A DNA stretch of 64,000 bases from an uncultured Candidatus Saccharibacteria bacterium (lineage in GTDB: Bacteria > Patescibacteriota > Minisyncoccia > Phycocordibacterales > SBAW01). Position 1 is the stretch's first letter. Each line of letters opens with the position of its first letter. Below the pieces are notes generated by a model. That model had not been told where the DNA came from. It saw only the letters and a program-made list of their open reading frames with translations, and searched no databases. Of the stretch, positions 19,263 through 28,855 are shown in pieces. The translations under genes were made by a program, and so were the position numbers. The stretch spans positions 15,373 to 79,372 of the forward strand of contig CAZYUH010000001.1 in assembly GCA_964650645.1 (NCBI GenBank), given 5' to 3'.

Positions 19263-21290
19263 CTAGTTGCTGATGCTTACCGGGTCCGTGTGGAACTGCG
19301 ACTGCGACTGGTTTATGTCGAGGGTCTGGATGCCCGCGAAGCCGGAGTTCTCGGTCGAGAAGCGGATGCGGTCGATGCCTACCCTGTAGAAGCCGGTCGC
19401 GGAAGGGTCGATGCGCACGCTGACAGTGAAGGTCTCGGTGCGGCCCTCGCGCACGACGTAGTAGTCGGCGTTGCTGGATGCCGCCGTCGAGGTCAGCGAC
19501 GCGGTGACGCCGGCCGAAGCGGTGGGCGCATCGAGGTCGGTCAGGACCACCACGCCCGTGTTCGCGTTCGGCGTATCCGACGATGCGAGCGCCTCGACTG
19601 TCTTCGGAATGTAGACGTCGTTGCCCATCGCGGTCACCTTGAACTTGAGAGTGAAGGTGCCGTAGCTGTCGGACGCGTTCTGCGCCTCGGTAGCGGAAGC
19701 GCTCATCGTCGAGCCCGCCACAGTGATGCCCGCGTCAAGGACGAGCGCCTGCACGTCGCCGCGCGCCGAGCCCGACACGCTGGATGCGTCGCCGGTATCC
19801 TCGCCCTCGGCGTCGATGCCGGCGTCGCTTACCGAGAACGAGAGCGTTTCGCCGCCCGCCGCGTAGCGCCCGTTCTGGCCGAAGAGCTCTACGGACAGCT
19901 CGAACTCGGCGGTCGAGTCGCCGCGCACCACGAGGCCGCGCAGATTCCCGAACTCTATGGTGTTGTCGGCCTTTATCGTGCCCGAGAAGCTCTTGGAGCC
20001 GGTCTTGAGCGTGGCCTTGCGGATAATGGTGCGGATATCCTTAGCCGGGCTGCCGGAGACCGACGAGGTTCCCACCTCGACCGTGATGCCGTTTATCTCC
20101 GCATCGGCGCTGTCGCGGTTGCGCAGCTCGAAGCCGAGCACCGAGAAGGTATCGGAGGTCTTCGACGAATCGACGACCAGCACGCCCGCCTCGGGGCTGT
20201 CGCCCGTCTTGCGCAGGGTCAGGGTGCCGCTCTGCGCCTCATCGAAGCTGAGCGTGACCATGTCGCTGTCGCGGCCCGCGTACTGCTGGATGCCCTTGGC
20301 GTCCACGGCGCGGATGCCCCTGTCGGGTATCGCCACCTTGAAGGACTGCGCGCGGTCGGTCGAGTCTATGGTGTTCTGCGCGTCGGCGCGCACCGAGAGC
20401 TCGGCGCGGCCGCCCTGGCGGATAATCGCGTCGACGGGGATGTCGACCGAGTACGTGCTTCCGCTCTTGTCCCAATCGGACTTGGAGCTCACATCCACGG
20501 AGCCGGCCTTCTTGCCGTCGCTGTACACCGAGAGCCTGTCGATGAACTTCCACGGAAGAGCGCTGGCGGAGCCGCCCGTGCTCTGCGCGGTCATCTCTAT
20601 CGTCACGCGCTGCACCTGGACATCGCCGCCCTTTACGTCGAAGCGAGCAATGGCGATTTCCTTGTTAGAGTCGCCCTCGCGCAGATCGTCGCCCGCAATG
20701 AGGTCGAACGAGCGCAGATCGGCTTCGCCGCCCTTGAGGACGGCCGAGCCGCCTGTATTTCCGCCGTTAGTATTTCCGCCGGTCGTGCCGCAGACCGCTG
20801 CGATAGCGGCGCGGGTGGCCGGACCGACTACGCCGATTGCGGAGACGTTGTTAGCGGCCTGGAACTTGACGACTGCAGCCTGGGTAGCAGGGCCGAAGTA
20901 GGTGGTCTCCATGCCGGGAGAGCCTGCGCCGGATACCGATACGCGGGTGCTTGCGTTAGCGTTGAGGAACTGCTGGAGGGACAGGACGTCCGCGCCAGTG
21001 GAGCCCAACTGAAGGGAGCGGGTAAGGACCGGGCAGGTGCCGCCGGTGGTGGAACCGCCGGTGGAGCCAGTGCCCGTCGTTGCCTGGCCGTTGAGGGCCG
21101 CGGTAACGTTGCTTATCGTAGCCTGGTCAGCACCGAACGATGCGAGCAGGGATACGATTGCCTGGACCTGCGAGGCCGAAAGGCCTGCGGCCTGCGCCGG
21201 GATAATCGCTATCGCTCCCGTGAGCGCGAGCGTGAGCGCTATGCCTCCCGCGAGCGCCGCGAAGCGCTTGGTTGCCTGTATGGTAGTCAT
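19263..21290 (-). CDS. large secreted surface protein with peptidoglycan-binding-like domain
   Basis: About 675 aa. Signal peptide (MTTIQATKRFAALAGGIALTLALTGAIA). PG_binding_1-like segment (ADVLSLQQFLN...YFGPATQAAVVKFQAANN). Long Gly/Ser/Thr-rich beta-rich body. Confidence 0.6.
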   Translation of the reverse strand: MTTIQATKRFAALAGGIALTLALTGAIAIIPAQAAGLSASQVQAIVSLLASFGADQATISNVTAALNGQATTGTGSTGGSTTGGTCPVLTRSLQLGSTGADVLSLQQFLNANASTRVSVSGAGSPGMETTYFGPATQAAVVKFQAANNVSAIGVVGPATRAAIAAVCGTTGGNTNGGNTGGSAVLKGGEADLRSFDLIAGDDLREGDSNKEIAIARFDVKGGDVQVQRVTIEMTAQSTGGSASALPWKFIDRLSVYSDGKKAGSVDVSSKSDWDKSGSTYSVDIPVDAIIRQGGRAELSVRADAQNTIDSTDRAQSFKVAIPDRGIRAVDAKGIQQYAGRDSDMVTLSFDEAQSGTLTLRKTGDSPEAGVLVVDSSKTSDTFSVLGFELRNRDSADAEINGITVEVGTSSVSGSPAKDIRTIIRKATLKTGSKSFSGTIKADNTIEFGNLRGLVVRGDSTAEFELSVELFGQNGRYAAGGETLSFSVSDAGIDAEGEDTGDASSVSGSARGDVQALVLDAGITVAGSTMSASATEAQNASDSYGTFTLKFKVTAMGNDVYIPKTVEALASSDTPNANTGVVVLTDLDAPTASAGVTASLTSTAASSNADYYVVREGRTETFTVSVRIDPSATGFYRVGIDRIRFSTENSGFAGIQTLDINQSQSQFHTDPVSISN

Positions 21291-21444
21291 GATGCTGTTT
21301 CGTAATCTTGTAATCCGCACGCTGATAATGTCGCGGCCCCAAAAGAGGCGGCATACCTACACAGACACGGGGGCCGGGAATGCTTTACACCCCCCTTCCC
21401 CCGCGCCTGTACCTGTAAAGAAAAGGGCGGTAGTGTATCCCTAT

Positions 21445-21957
21445 ATGCAGAGGCACGAGGCCCTTTCGAAAGCCTTCGAAGCGGCGCACATAGAGCTCAT
21501 CGAGCCCCTATTCCGCTATTTCTTCTTCCGGCTCAACGACCGCGACAAGGCCAAGGAGCTGGCACAGGAGACCTTCACGCGGGCGTGGGACTATGCGCGC
21601 AAGGGCGGGCAGATACAGGCCATGAAGCCGTTCCTGTACACGACCGCAAGCAACCTCTTCAAGAACGAATTGCGCGGCCGCAAGCCGGTCGTATCGCTCG
21701 ACCTCCTCATGGAGGAGGGAGCGTTCGAGTTCCAAAGCGACGGCATGTCGCCCGAAGAGGGCGCCGAGGCCAAGCTCGCCATGCGCCGGCTCGAGAACCT
21801 GCCGGGCGACTACCGCGAAGCGCTCATGCTGCGGTACGTCGACGGGCTTTCCCTGCGGGAAATCGGCGAGGCGATGGGCAAGAGCGAGGGGGCGGCGGGG
21901 GTGCAGGTGCACAGGGCGCTGGAGAAGCTAAGGAAGCACTACAAAGACCATGAATGA
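21445..21957 (+). CDS. ECF-type RNA polymerase sigma factor
   Basis: 170 aa. Sigma-70 region 2 (ETFTRAWDYARK..F..P-FLYT.ASN) and region 4 (REALMLRYVDGLSLREIGEAMGKSEGAAGVQVHRAL). Confidence 0.8.
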   Translation: MQRHEALSKAFEAAHIELIEPLFRYFFFRLNDRDKAKELAQETFTRAWDYARKGGQIQAMKPFLYTTASNLFKNELRGRKPVVSLDLLMEEGAFEFQSDGMSPEEGAEAKLAMRRLENLPGDYREALMLRYVDGLSLREIGEAMGKSEGAAGVQVHRALEKLRKHYKDHE

Positions 21958-22903
21958 CAAGAACGACAACATACCACCGCCGGCGCGATTGTCGGACAGC
22001 GAGCGCGCGGACATGCTGCGCGGGTTCCTGCGGTACGCGAACGCCCATCCGGCGCGGGAGCCGCGCGCCGCTCGCTCGCCCTATTTCTTCCGGCTTCTGC
22101 ATTCTCCGGCCGCGTATTCCCTGCTCATCTTCCTCATGCTCGGAGGCACGGCCTACGCGGCCGAGGGCTCCCTACCCCGGGATTTCCTGTATCCCGTAAA
22201 GACCGGCGTCATCGAGCCCATTGCCGTCCAGCTGGCGCCCCTGGCGGGCGTTGAGCAGGACGATGCGCATATCGCCCTTGTCGAGCGGCGGCTCGACGAG
22301 GCGGAAACGCTTCTTGACCGGAAGAAGCTCGATGGCGCCTCGGTTGCGGTACTTTCCGAGAAGATAACCGAGTCCTCCTCAAAGGTACGCAAAATCGCCT
22401 CGGACGCGGCGAAGGAAGGGAACATCTCCGACGCGCTCGACGCCAGCTCGGACCTGGAAACCCTGCTTGAAGGCCACAAGGAAGTCCTGTCGTCGGCGGC
22501 CGACGACGCTGCCGCCTCATCGACCGTCCTGGACGGGCTCATTGATACCGTCGAAGAGCAGGGCGAGCAGGCCGAGGACACCAGCGAGGATATCGAACAG
22601 CAGTTCGAGGATGCGCCCGCCGAAGCGTCCGCGCAGTACGCGGCAGCGCTCATGGACGCGGCCTCCTCCTCCATCCGCGCGCTAGAAGCGAGGCTCGCCG
22701 AACGCGCGCGCGCCGCCGGCGAGGACGAGGACGCGCGCGCGCAGGCCGCCGCCCTGCTTAAAGAGGCGAACGGGCGCTACCAAAGCGGCATTGAAAGCGC
22801 GGCGCGGCGCGGCGCTTCCCTGCCCGACTGGAGGGAGGCGCAGAGCGCCGCCGAAAAGGGCCTCATACTCATCGAGTCGAGCGAGGACGCGGAGAGGCCC
22901 TAG
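21950..22903 (+). CDS. membrane-anchored putative anti-sigma factor (DUF5667-like)
   Basis: 317 aa. Start overlaps the sigma gene stop. One TM helix (AYSLLIFLMLGGTAYAA). Acidic, Ala-rich extracytoplasmic part. Confidence 0.45.
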   Translation: MNDKNDNIPPPARLSDSERADMLRGFLRYANAHPAREPRAARSPYFFRLLHSPAAYSLLIFLMLGGTAYAAEGSLPRDFLYPVKTGVIEPIAVQLAPLAGVEQDDAHIALVERRLDEAETLLDRKKLDGASVAVLSEKITESSSKVRKIASDAAKEGNISDALDASSDLETLLEGHKEVLSSAADDAAASSTVLDGLIDTVEEQGEQAEDTSEDIEQQFEDAPAEASAQYAAALMDAASSSIRALEARLAERARAAGEDEDARAQAAALLKEANGRYQSGIESAARRGASLPDWREAQSAAEKGLILIESSEDAERP

Positions 22904-22974
22904 GCCCTGGCCCGCGCGGGGTACACAAACTTCCCGCCCCGTGCTACAACAAGAGCGGAACAACGGAGAGGCCC

Positions 22975-23277
22975 ATGATAGTTGACGACGAGGACTTCGA
23001 AGAGCACCGCAGGCAGAACCGCATGCGAACCGGCAAGCGCGGCAACGACCCTTTCGCCGCAAGCTTTGCGCGGCCCGCCCGGCGGCGGCACAAGAAAGGC
23101 CTTACGAAACAGCAGATAGAGGAGAAAACGGAAAAAGCGCGAGTTTTCTTGGGAAAAAGGGTCATTGCAGGAGGACGCGTCGGGGACGCCGTCCAAATCA
23201 ATGAAAGAGGAGGCCTCGTAGTGCGGCATCCGACCTCGAACGCGGTCTACGACCCCGATTTCGTCAAGCCCGCCTAA
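22975..23277 (+). CDS. hypothetical small basic protein
   Basis: 100 aa. GGAG ribosome-binding site 6 nt upstream. Terminator follows. Confidence 0.4.
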   Translation: MIVDDEDFEEHRRQNRMRTGKRGNDPFAASFARPARRRHKKGLTKQQIEEKTEKARVFLGKRVIAGGRVGDAVQINERGGLVVRHPTSNAVYDPDFVKPA

Positions 23278-23283
23278 CCCCCG

Positions 23284-23320
23284 CCCGCCAGCGCCGCACG
23301 GCCTGGCGGGTATTTTTATT
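23284..23320 (+). terminator. intrinsic terminator
   Basis: CCCGCCAGcgccgcacggCCTGGCGGG hairpin followed by TATTTTTATT. Confidence 0.6.
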
Positions 23321-23489
23321 GTCTGCCGCGCGCTCGAGTGCCAGCCCGGGGATATTTTGGAGTACCGGGGGTAGCGGCTTTCGATAGTCCGACCCAAGTG
23401 GGAGAAAATTGGAACCAGCTTATAGGAGAGCTTAACGGCTGGCTCCTCTTTGGGCGGGACCTAGAGGATCAACAGAACTAGTACTGCCA

Positions 23490-24233
23490 TTAGGGATTAG
23501 AAACGGGGTTAAGGGTGGCTTTTATGTCCCCCTCTGCCTTCTCAAACCGAGCAAGCACCTCCTTACAGTACGGATTGTATTTGTATACATCGCGGAACAG
23601 CGCGTCGTCATGCGCCACACTTTCTACCGCGTCCATCAAAAAACCAAAAGAAACTGTATCCACAGCTGTACGCTCAAATCTTCCCTTTTTGACCGTTTGC
23701 CCCACCAAGTGGGTCAGGAACAAAGTTTCGGCTACCAAGCGGTCATGGTCGTCTGTTGTAAGTTCCAAAACTTTTAACTCTGCTTGTCGTAAAAAGTTTA
23801 ATACGCCGCCCATACTATCTTCAGACAAAGACGAGTGACACACGACTATGCGCAAGTCTTTAAGCGAGTTGCCATGCTTGGCATAACTATACGGGCCAAA
23901 CATCGGATGAGTCGCAATGTAGTTTGGAACTCCTTTTTCTTTCAATACCGAAACTGTGTGAGTTTTTACCGTAGCAACATCACAAACAATAGTATTCGCC
24001 CCTAGCAGCTGGAGTGCTTTTTCTATCGTCTCCTCAAAAGCAGATATAGGTACGCACACCAATAACAGGTCGGTTTTGCACACGTCCTCAAACGCGAAAA
24101 AGTCTTTACCGTCTGCCTCTTTGCGAGACGAGAATACTTTCAGAGGGACATGCGGAAATCGCTCTCTTGCAAGCGAAAAAAGAAACTGCCCGAAGTCGCC
24201 AAACCCAATAATGCCAATACTTTTTACTTCCAT
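23490..24233 (-). CDS. prephenate dehydrogenase-like (TyrA family), low-GC
   Basis: 247 aa from MEVKS. IGIIGFGDFGQ NAD-binding motif; PDH-like catalytic region (HPMFGP). Local GC is markedly lower than flanks. Confidence 0.65.
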   Translation of the reverse strand: MEVKSIGIIGFGDFGQFLFSLARERFPHVPLKVFSSRKEADGKDFFAFEDVCKTDLLLVCVPISAFEETIEKALQLLGANTIVCDVATVKTHTVSVLKEKGVPNYIATHPMFGPYSYAKHGNSLKDLRIVVCHSSLSEDSMGGVLNFLRQAELKVLELTTDDHDRLVAETLFLTHLVGQTVKKGRFERTAVDTVSFGFLMDAVESVAHDDALFRDVYKYNPYCKEVLARFEKAEGDIKATLNPVSNP

Positions 24234-24344
24234 ACCTTCATCATGAACCCATTGCACCTAGAATGGAACACCTTGGAAAATACCGTACTACACTGGAAAT
24301 GGGGCCAGACCCAAACATAATACAACTTTTGTGTTCTAGTATTT

Positions 24345-24582
24345 CAGCCCATCAGCCTGGCCCACAGATAATCCAATCGCCGTCACGATTGGATTTCCGC
24401 AGGCCCCGCCTCGGCTGTTTTGCGTGCTCGCAAAACATGCCTCCGGCCGTCAGCCTGGTCACAAGTCGAATTCTGCCGTCGCAGAATCCGCTCGCGACCC
24501 CGCCTCGCGGCCCTGCCAGTGCAGGGCAACGCTGCGGCCGTCACCAGTACGCAAAAACGCGCAGCAGTGCGCGTTTTCGGTC
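24345..24582 (-). repeat. tRNA-trailer conserved multi-hairpin element (copy downstream of tRNA-Glu)
   Basis: On the minus strand: GAAAACGCGCActgcTGCGCGTTTTTGC, then GCAGCGTTGCC-CTGCactgGCAG-GGCCGCGAGG, then GGAGGCATGTTTTGCGagcaCGCAAAAC. Confidence 0.65.
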
Positions 24583-24656
24583 TGGTGACCCCACCGGGAA
24601 TCGAACCCGGATTGACGGCTTGAAAAGCCGGTGTCCTAACCGTTAGACGATGGGGC
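24583..24656 (-). tRNA. tRNA-Glu (anticodon TTC)
   Basis: Cloverleaf by hand. Acceptor GGCCCCA/TGGGGTC, T-loop GGTTCGATTCC, anticodon loop TTTTCAA. 3' CCA encoded. Confidence 0.85.
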
Positions 24657-24692
24657 CGTAGGCCCAGGCTCAAAGCCTTTCAAGCCTGGACT

Positions 24693-24782
24693 CGGCGGAG
24701 GAGGTGAGATTCGAACTCACGGTAGGGTTGCCCCTACGCCACATTTCGAGTGTGGTGCCTTCGACCACTCAGCCACTCCTCC
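24693..24782 (-). tRNA. tRNA-Ser (anticodon CGA)
   Basis: About 90 nt. Acceptor GGAGGAG/CTCCTCC, long variable arm, anticodon loop CTCGAAA, T-loop GTTCGAATC. Confidence 0.85.
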
Positions 24783-24890
24783 GTATGCGCACGAGAACAG
24801 ACGAAAAATACCATTTTTACGCCTTTTAGGCAAAAAGAAAGGCGGTCCCGGCATACGCCGAAACCGCCTGCAAGCGCTGGGGCGCTCGCG

Positions 24891-25631
24891 TCACTCCGCA
24901 GCCCGGTACTCCGGATTGCGCCACACGTGCCAGCGGCCCTCCTCGGCAAACCCGAGCCGCTCGGCCGTCCGGTCGTAGGTCTCCAGGATCCTCTCCTCGA
25001 TCACCTCCTTCACCTGCGCGCTGGAGGGCGGGAGCGTCACGCGGCACCTCGCAGAGGTCATCAGCCGCACCTCCTTGAGATTCGACGCGCGCGCCGCTTC
25101 CTGGGACGCCGCGACGAGCATCCTCGGCCATTTCATGTACAGGGAGCGGTGGAGCCGCACCTTCTTCGCGCCCTGCAATTGGCGTATGAAAAGGCAGCCG
25201 TCCTCGATCCACCCCGACATCATGAGCATCTGCTGGTCCTCATGGCACACGATCCAGGTTACCGGAGCGTCCGAGTGGATGTCGCAGCGCGGCCAGAAGG
25301 GCCGGACCCCGCGGCTCTCCCCCCTCAGGGGCTTCGCCGCGACAATGACACCGGTCACCCACTTATGGGAGAACTGCCGCCGTATCGCCTCGCGCACGGA
25401 GCGCACTTGGTCCCAATGCCGCACAGCGAGCGCGTAGCGCGCGAGGTACAGCGGCCAGGTCAGGTATCTCCGGACCCTCGTGCGGAGGGCATTCCATCCC
25501 AGGACCGCCCTCAGGCGCCCCGCGAGGCTTTTCATCCAGCCCGGGCATTTCCGGACCCGCCTGCGAGCAGGCTCCAGGCCCGGAGTGGCTTCCAGCCGCT
25601 CCGAAAGTCCTGCCGTTTCTGCATATTCCAT
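24891..25631 (-). CDS. hypothetical protein
   Basis: 246 aa from MEYAETAGL. No confidently recognisable family. Confidence 0.45.
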   Translation of the reverse strand: MEYAETAGLSERLEATPGLEPARRRVRKCPGWMKSLAGRLRAVLGWNALRTRVRRYLTWPLYLARYALAVRHWDQVRSVREAIRRQFSHKWVTGVIVAAKPLRGESRGVRPFWPRCDIHSDAPVTWIVCHEDQQMLMMSGWIEDGCLFIRQLQGAKKVRLHRSLYMKWPRMLVAASQEAARASNLKEVRLMTSARCRVTLPPSSAQVKEVIEERILETYDRTAERLGFAEEGRWHVWRNPEYRAAE

Positions 25632-25742
25632 GAACACTCCCTTGTTAGGTTCCTTTTTATCTATACCACAATAATGCAAAAAAGCATAGTACCTGGGGGG
25701 CGGTTTGCTATACTGGAATCATTACCCGCTAGCCGAACACAT

Positions 25743-26162
25743 ATGAACCGAGTCGTGCATTTCGAGATAATGGCCGATGACCTGGACAGGGCACAGAAGT
25801 TCTACGAGTCGGCCTTCGGCTGGACGTTCCAGGCCATGGGCGAGGCGTACGGCGGCTACCGCGTCATCGTGACCGGCCCCGGCCCCGACGACATGGCCAA
25901 GGGCGTCAGGATGGAGGACGTCGGCATAAACGGCGGGCTCATGAAGCGCAACGCTCCCCTGCCCGCGGACGGCCAGAGCCCCAACGCCTACACGGCGATA
26001 ATCAGCGTCGCTAATATTGACGAGGCGATGGCGAAGATCGACGCGGCGGGCGGCAGGCCCCAGACCGAGAAAATGGACGTGGCCGGCGTCGGGAAGGTCC
26101 GCTACTACAAGGACACCGAGGGCAACATCTTCGGCATTATCGAGCCGGCCCCGATGGCCTGA
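25743..26162 (+). CDS. VOC/glyoxalase-family protein
   Basis: 139 aa. VHFEI..DDLDRAQKFYESAFGW...G.....I.V.......G and second-half YFKDTEGNIFGI pattern of paired beta-alpha-beta-beta-beta modules. Confidence 0.65.
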   Translation: MNRVVHFEIMADDLDRAQKFYESAFGWTFQAMGEAYGGYRVIVTGPGPDDMAKGVRMEDVGINGGLMKRNAPLPADGQSPNAYTAIISVANIDEAMAKIDAAGGRPQTEKMDVAGVGKVRYYKDTEGNIFGIIEPAPMA

Positions 26163-26206
26163 GCTGACAATCGGCTGGTTTTTTGCTATTCTAACCGCGT
26201 TTGGAT

Positions 26207-26279
26207 GCGCGGTTAGCTCAGTTGGTAGAGCATCCCCTTGACGTGGGGAGGGTCATAGGTTCGAGTCCTATACCGCGCA
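26207..26279 (+). tRNA. tRNA-Val (anticodon GAC)
   Basis: GCGCGGT/ACCGCGC acceptor, D-arm AGCTCAGTTGGTAGAGC, anticodon loop TTGACGT, T-loop GGTTCGAGTCC. Confidence 0.9.
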
Positions 26280-26500
26280 CAGCAGGCAGAACAATCCCGC
26301 TTGAGCGGGATTTTCTGCACTGTGCGGACCGCAGCGATGTTTTGCACTTGCAAAACCGCGCGACGGGATCGCGAAACCATTTTGCGGCGGCAAAAACGGC
26401 ATTTGTGACCACAAGGTCGAAAAAGCAAACCGCTTTGCTTTTTCGCACACGTGTGCGAGCCGGAGCGTTGCCGCGCACCGGCGCGGCTGCGAGGCAGGGA
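26280..26500 (+). repeat. tRNA-trailer conserved multi-hairpin element (copy downstream of tRNA-Val; modules 1 and 2)
   Basis: Shares GCAGCGATGTTTTGCActtGCAAAACCGCGcgacgggaTCGCG with the Phe and Glu trailers. Shares AAAAGCAAAccgcTTTGCTTTTT...GGAGCGTTGCC-hairpin-GGCTGCGAGG with the Arg and Glu trailers. Confidence 0.7.
26294..26319 (+). terminator. intrinsic terminator directly after tRNA-Val (first part of the trailer element)
   Basis: ATCCCGCttgaGCGGGAT hairpin followed by TTTCTGC. Confidence 0.55.
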
Positions 26501-26697
26501 CAAAAGCAAACGTCGATGCCTCTCTGCAGCAGACCCTGGGTGGATATACAGCAATGCGCGCAGCGGAGCGCTAACGCCTGACAGGTACTTTTAGGCGTGG
26601 CTTGCGTAAAAATTATACCGTGGCATTATATCCATTGGAAAAGGGGCCATGGAGGTTTCCTTTAATCCAAAGTTCTTTAACAAAAAAGGAGATTGGC

Positions 26698-27072
26698 GTG
26701 GTCCAGACAGCTGAAATGAGCTCTCTTTCGCGAGAACTCGGGCGTTTCCTTGTAGTGGCGCAGGCGCACAAGCGGGAAACAGGCAAGCAAGCATTCATGC
26801 CCGCTTGTCCCGTGGACACCGAATGGCATCGACTCCTTGAACAGCCGGACGAGTACAACGAGTTCTGCCAGAATACGGTAGGACACACTATCCGTCACGA
26901 ACACGCCCAAGGCAAGGGCGAGGTCGACTGGACAAGAACCTACGAGAAGCTCTACGGCTCATTACCAGAAGTCTGGTTCCGGGACACCAGAGACGCTCTC
27001 AACAGGTCCCAGCGGCAGACCTATCTCGATACCGGGGTATTCTACGCTTCATGGGACTGCACCCCCCTCTAG
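26698..27072 (+). CDS. hypothetical protein (first gene of the low-GC island)
   Basis: 124 aa from a GTG start 6 nt after AAGGAG. No recognisable domain. Confidence 0.35.
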   Translation: MVQTAEMSSLSRELGRFLVVAQAHKRETGKQAFMPACPVDTEWHRLLEQPDEYNEFCQNTVGHTIRHEHAQGKGEVDWTRTYEKLYGSLPEVWFRDTRDALNRSQRQTYLDTGVFYASWDCTPL

Positions 27073-27141
27073 CAACAGGGCGGAGTTGAGACAAAGTCTT
27101 GATTCCGCCCTTTCTTCTATTCAAAAGAAAAGGAGAATAAC

Positions 27142-27948
27142 ATGGAAGACAGGCGAAATACCACAAATCAAGAGAATGATTCGTCACCTCTCCTGACCGT
27201 CCTTACATTCGGAGACAACTTGGCACCGGACATAGAAGGATTCCGCAATTACGTGGCAGAAGTTTCCTCAAACTTCTGCCCGTATGTCGAACCCTCTGCA
27301 ACGAAAGAATGCACGACCTATACCATCGTGCATTCCGACACCACAGACAAAGAAACGGCCGAGAAAATCGTTTTCGCAAGCGGATACGCCCTCTCTGAAC
27401 TGTTACGCAGAAAGAGATCGCTTCTATCGTTAAAGCAGCATGCGCCGCTTCTTTGCGAAAACGCCATCTTCCTATTTCCCCACATCGAGGATGCCTTGGG
27501 TAAGGAATTGCTCGGATGGCCTCACTGGGTGCTTAAATGCCGATACACCCAGCTTGGAGTGCTCTTTGGAAAGTTCTGGAAGAATGCTCAGGAGACAGCT
27601 AAAGACCGGCGAAATCTTCCTGTTCCGCCCTGCCACTTCATCTCCGTGCGGGAGAGTGTGCGGACGCGGGATCCGATATTCTTTGAACAGGCCGAATGGC
27701 TTCGTACTGATCTTGAGTCATCGAATGACGTTGGGCAAAACGCCTTTGGCGATATGTCCGGCACTGAAGATGTTTCTCACGCCCTCAAGGTGTTCTGCGA
27801 CGAGCCGACGCGTTTGAATTTCGAGCACGTACATGCTACGCTGCTCTCGAATAGTTTCTACGCACGAGCAAAAGAGTCGGCAGCCAGAGAACTTGAAGAT
27901 CAAAAACGCCGCAACGCAAGCAAAAAAAGGAGAACCGTATGCAATTAA
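27142..27948 (+). CDS. hypothetical protein
   Basis: 268 aa. AAGGAG ribosome-binding site 8 nt upstream. Overlaps the downstream kinase-like gene by 10 nt. Confidence 0.5.
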   Translation: MEDRRNTTNQENDSSPLLTVLTFGDNLAPDIEGFRNYVAEVSSNFCPYVEPSATKECTTYTIVHSDTTDKETAEKIVFASGYALSELLRRKRSLLSLKQHAPLLCENAIFLFPHIEDALGKELLGWPHWVLKCRYTQLGVLFGKFWKNAQETAKDRRNLPVPPCHFISVRESVRTRDPIFFEQAEWLRTDLESSNDVGQNAFGDMSGTEDVSHALKVFCDEPTRLNFEHVHATLLSNSFYARAKESAARELEDQKRRNASKKRRTVCN

Positions 27949-28832
27949 ACAAAGAAACGCAAAAACTTCTTGCTGAAATCGGACTCGAATACATTGAGAC
28001 GATTTTAGACCGACGGGGCACGCTTGCTCTGCGGGTTTTGAAAAGCAAAAGCGGAAAGCGCGCAGTACTCAAATTGCAGAGCGAAGATGGAAGCGAAGAA
28101 GCCCGCCATAAAGCCAAGCTTCTCGTACGAGAAGCGGAGATGCTTTCACAGGCCCCTGAACTTACCAACCATCTCTATGTTGGCCATGGCGAGAGTCAAG
28201 GGAAGTACTGGCTGCTTCTTCGTGAAGTTGGAGGAGAAAAAATCCATCAAGCTGCAAAGCAGATACAAGAGACCGTCACAGACCAAAAGAAGAGGATTTC
28301 GCAACTCGTAGAACTCCTCCTCAAAGTCTCCAGTTTCTACGATGCACTCTACCATGGCGGTTATCTCCATGGCGACGTGCAACCAGGTCACACCTATCTG
28401 GAGCACAACAAGGCCACCATCATTGACTGGGGTCTTGCAAGAAAAGTGGATGAGCGAAATCCTTTATACAGAGGCGGATTCGTTTACTTTGTAGCTCCTG
28501 AAATTGCGGCAGGAATGCATTCCGGTAAATCACCGATAGCGTACTCTCCGCATGCGGAAGTGTACGCCATAGGCGCAACATTGTATATGCTATACACGGG
28601 ACATCTCGCGCTCGACTTCGGGGTTCCCCAAGCCCAGTTGCGAGAAATCCCGATGAAGCAGAAACTTCAGCATGTCGTGGAGAATCGCATCTCCTCGTTC
28701 GAAGAAGTGGGCGCAGATTCACATCCGCCGCTTGAAGCGCTTATGCGGAAAAGCCTTTCGACTAATCCCGCAGAGCGTTTCGATAACCCATCATCTCTTC
28801 ACCAGCACCTTCGTGAGTTAGGGAGCTTATAA
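27939..28832 (+). CDS. atypical protein kinase-like protein (Hanks/ELK superfamily)
   Basis: 297 aa. VLKL (VAIK-like Lys), EAEML (alphaC Glu), YLHGDVQPGHTYL catalytic loop, IIDWGLARK (DFG-like), VAPE motif. Strong AGGAG ribosome-binding site. Confidence 0.55.
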   Translation: MQLNKETQKLLAEIGLEYIETILDRRGTLALRVLKSKSGKRAVLKLQSEDGSEEARHKAKLLVREAEMLSQAPELTNHLYVGHGESQGKYWLLLREVGGEKIHQAAKQIQETVTDQKKRISQLVELLLKVSSFYDALYHGGYLHGDVQPGHTYLEHNKATIIDWGLARKVDERNPLYRGGFVYFVAPEIAAGMHSGKSPIAYSPHAEVYAIGATLYMLYTGHLALDFGVPQAQLREIPMKQKLQHVVENRISSFEEVGADSHPPLEALMRKSLSTNPAERFDNPSSLHQHLRELGSL

Positions 28833-28855
28833 TCTCCATACTCATATAAAAAATT

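Noticed and set aside
19290-21305. 671-aa plus-strand ORF
   Set aside because: Antisense to the large PG-binding surface protein. That protein has a signal peptide and coherent domain structure; the plus-strand ORF is Arg/Gly/Ala junk.
24734-24949. 71-aa minus-strand ORF
   Set aside because: Overlaps tRNA-Ser (24693-24782).
26201-26581. 126-aa ORF overlapping tRNA-Val and its trailer element; micro-ORFs starting MFC in the trailer copies
   Set aside because: The long ORF reads through a tRNA gene and a terminator hairpin. The MFC micro-ORFs have only a 2-nt Shine-Dalgarno spacing, and their conservation is explained by nucleotide-level conservation of the hairpins. They are mentioned as a minor alternative under the trailer finding.
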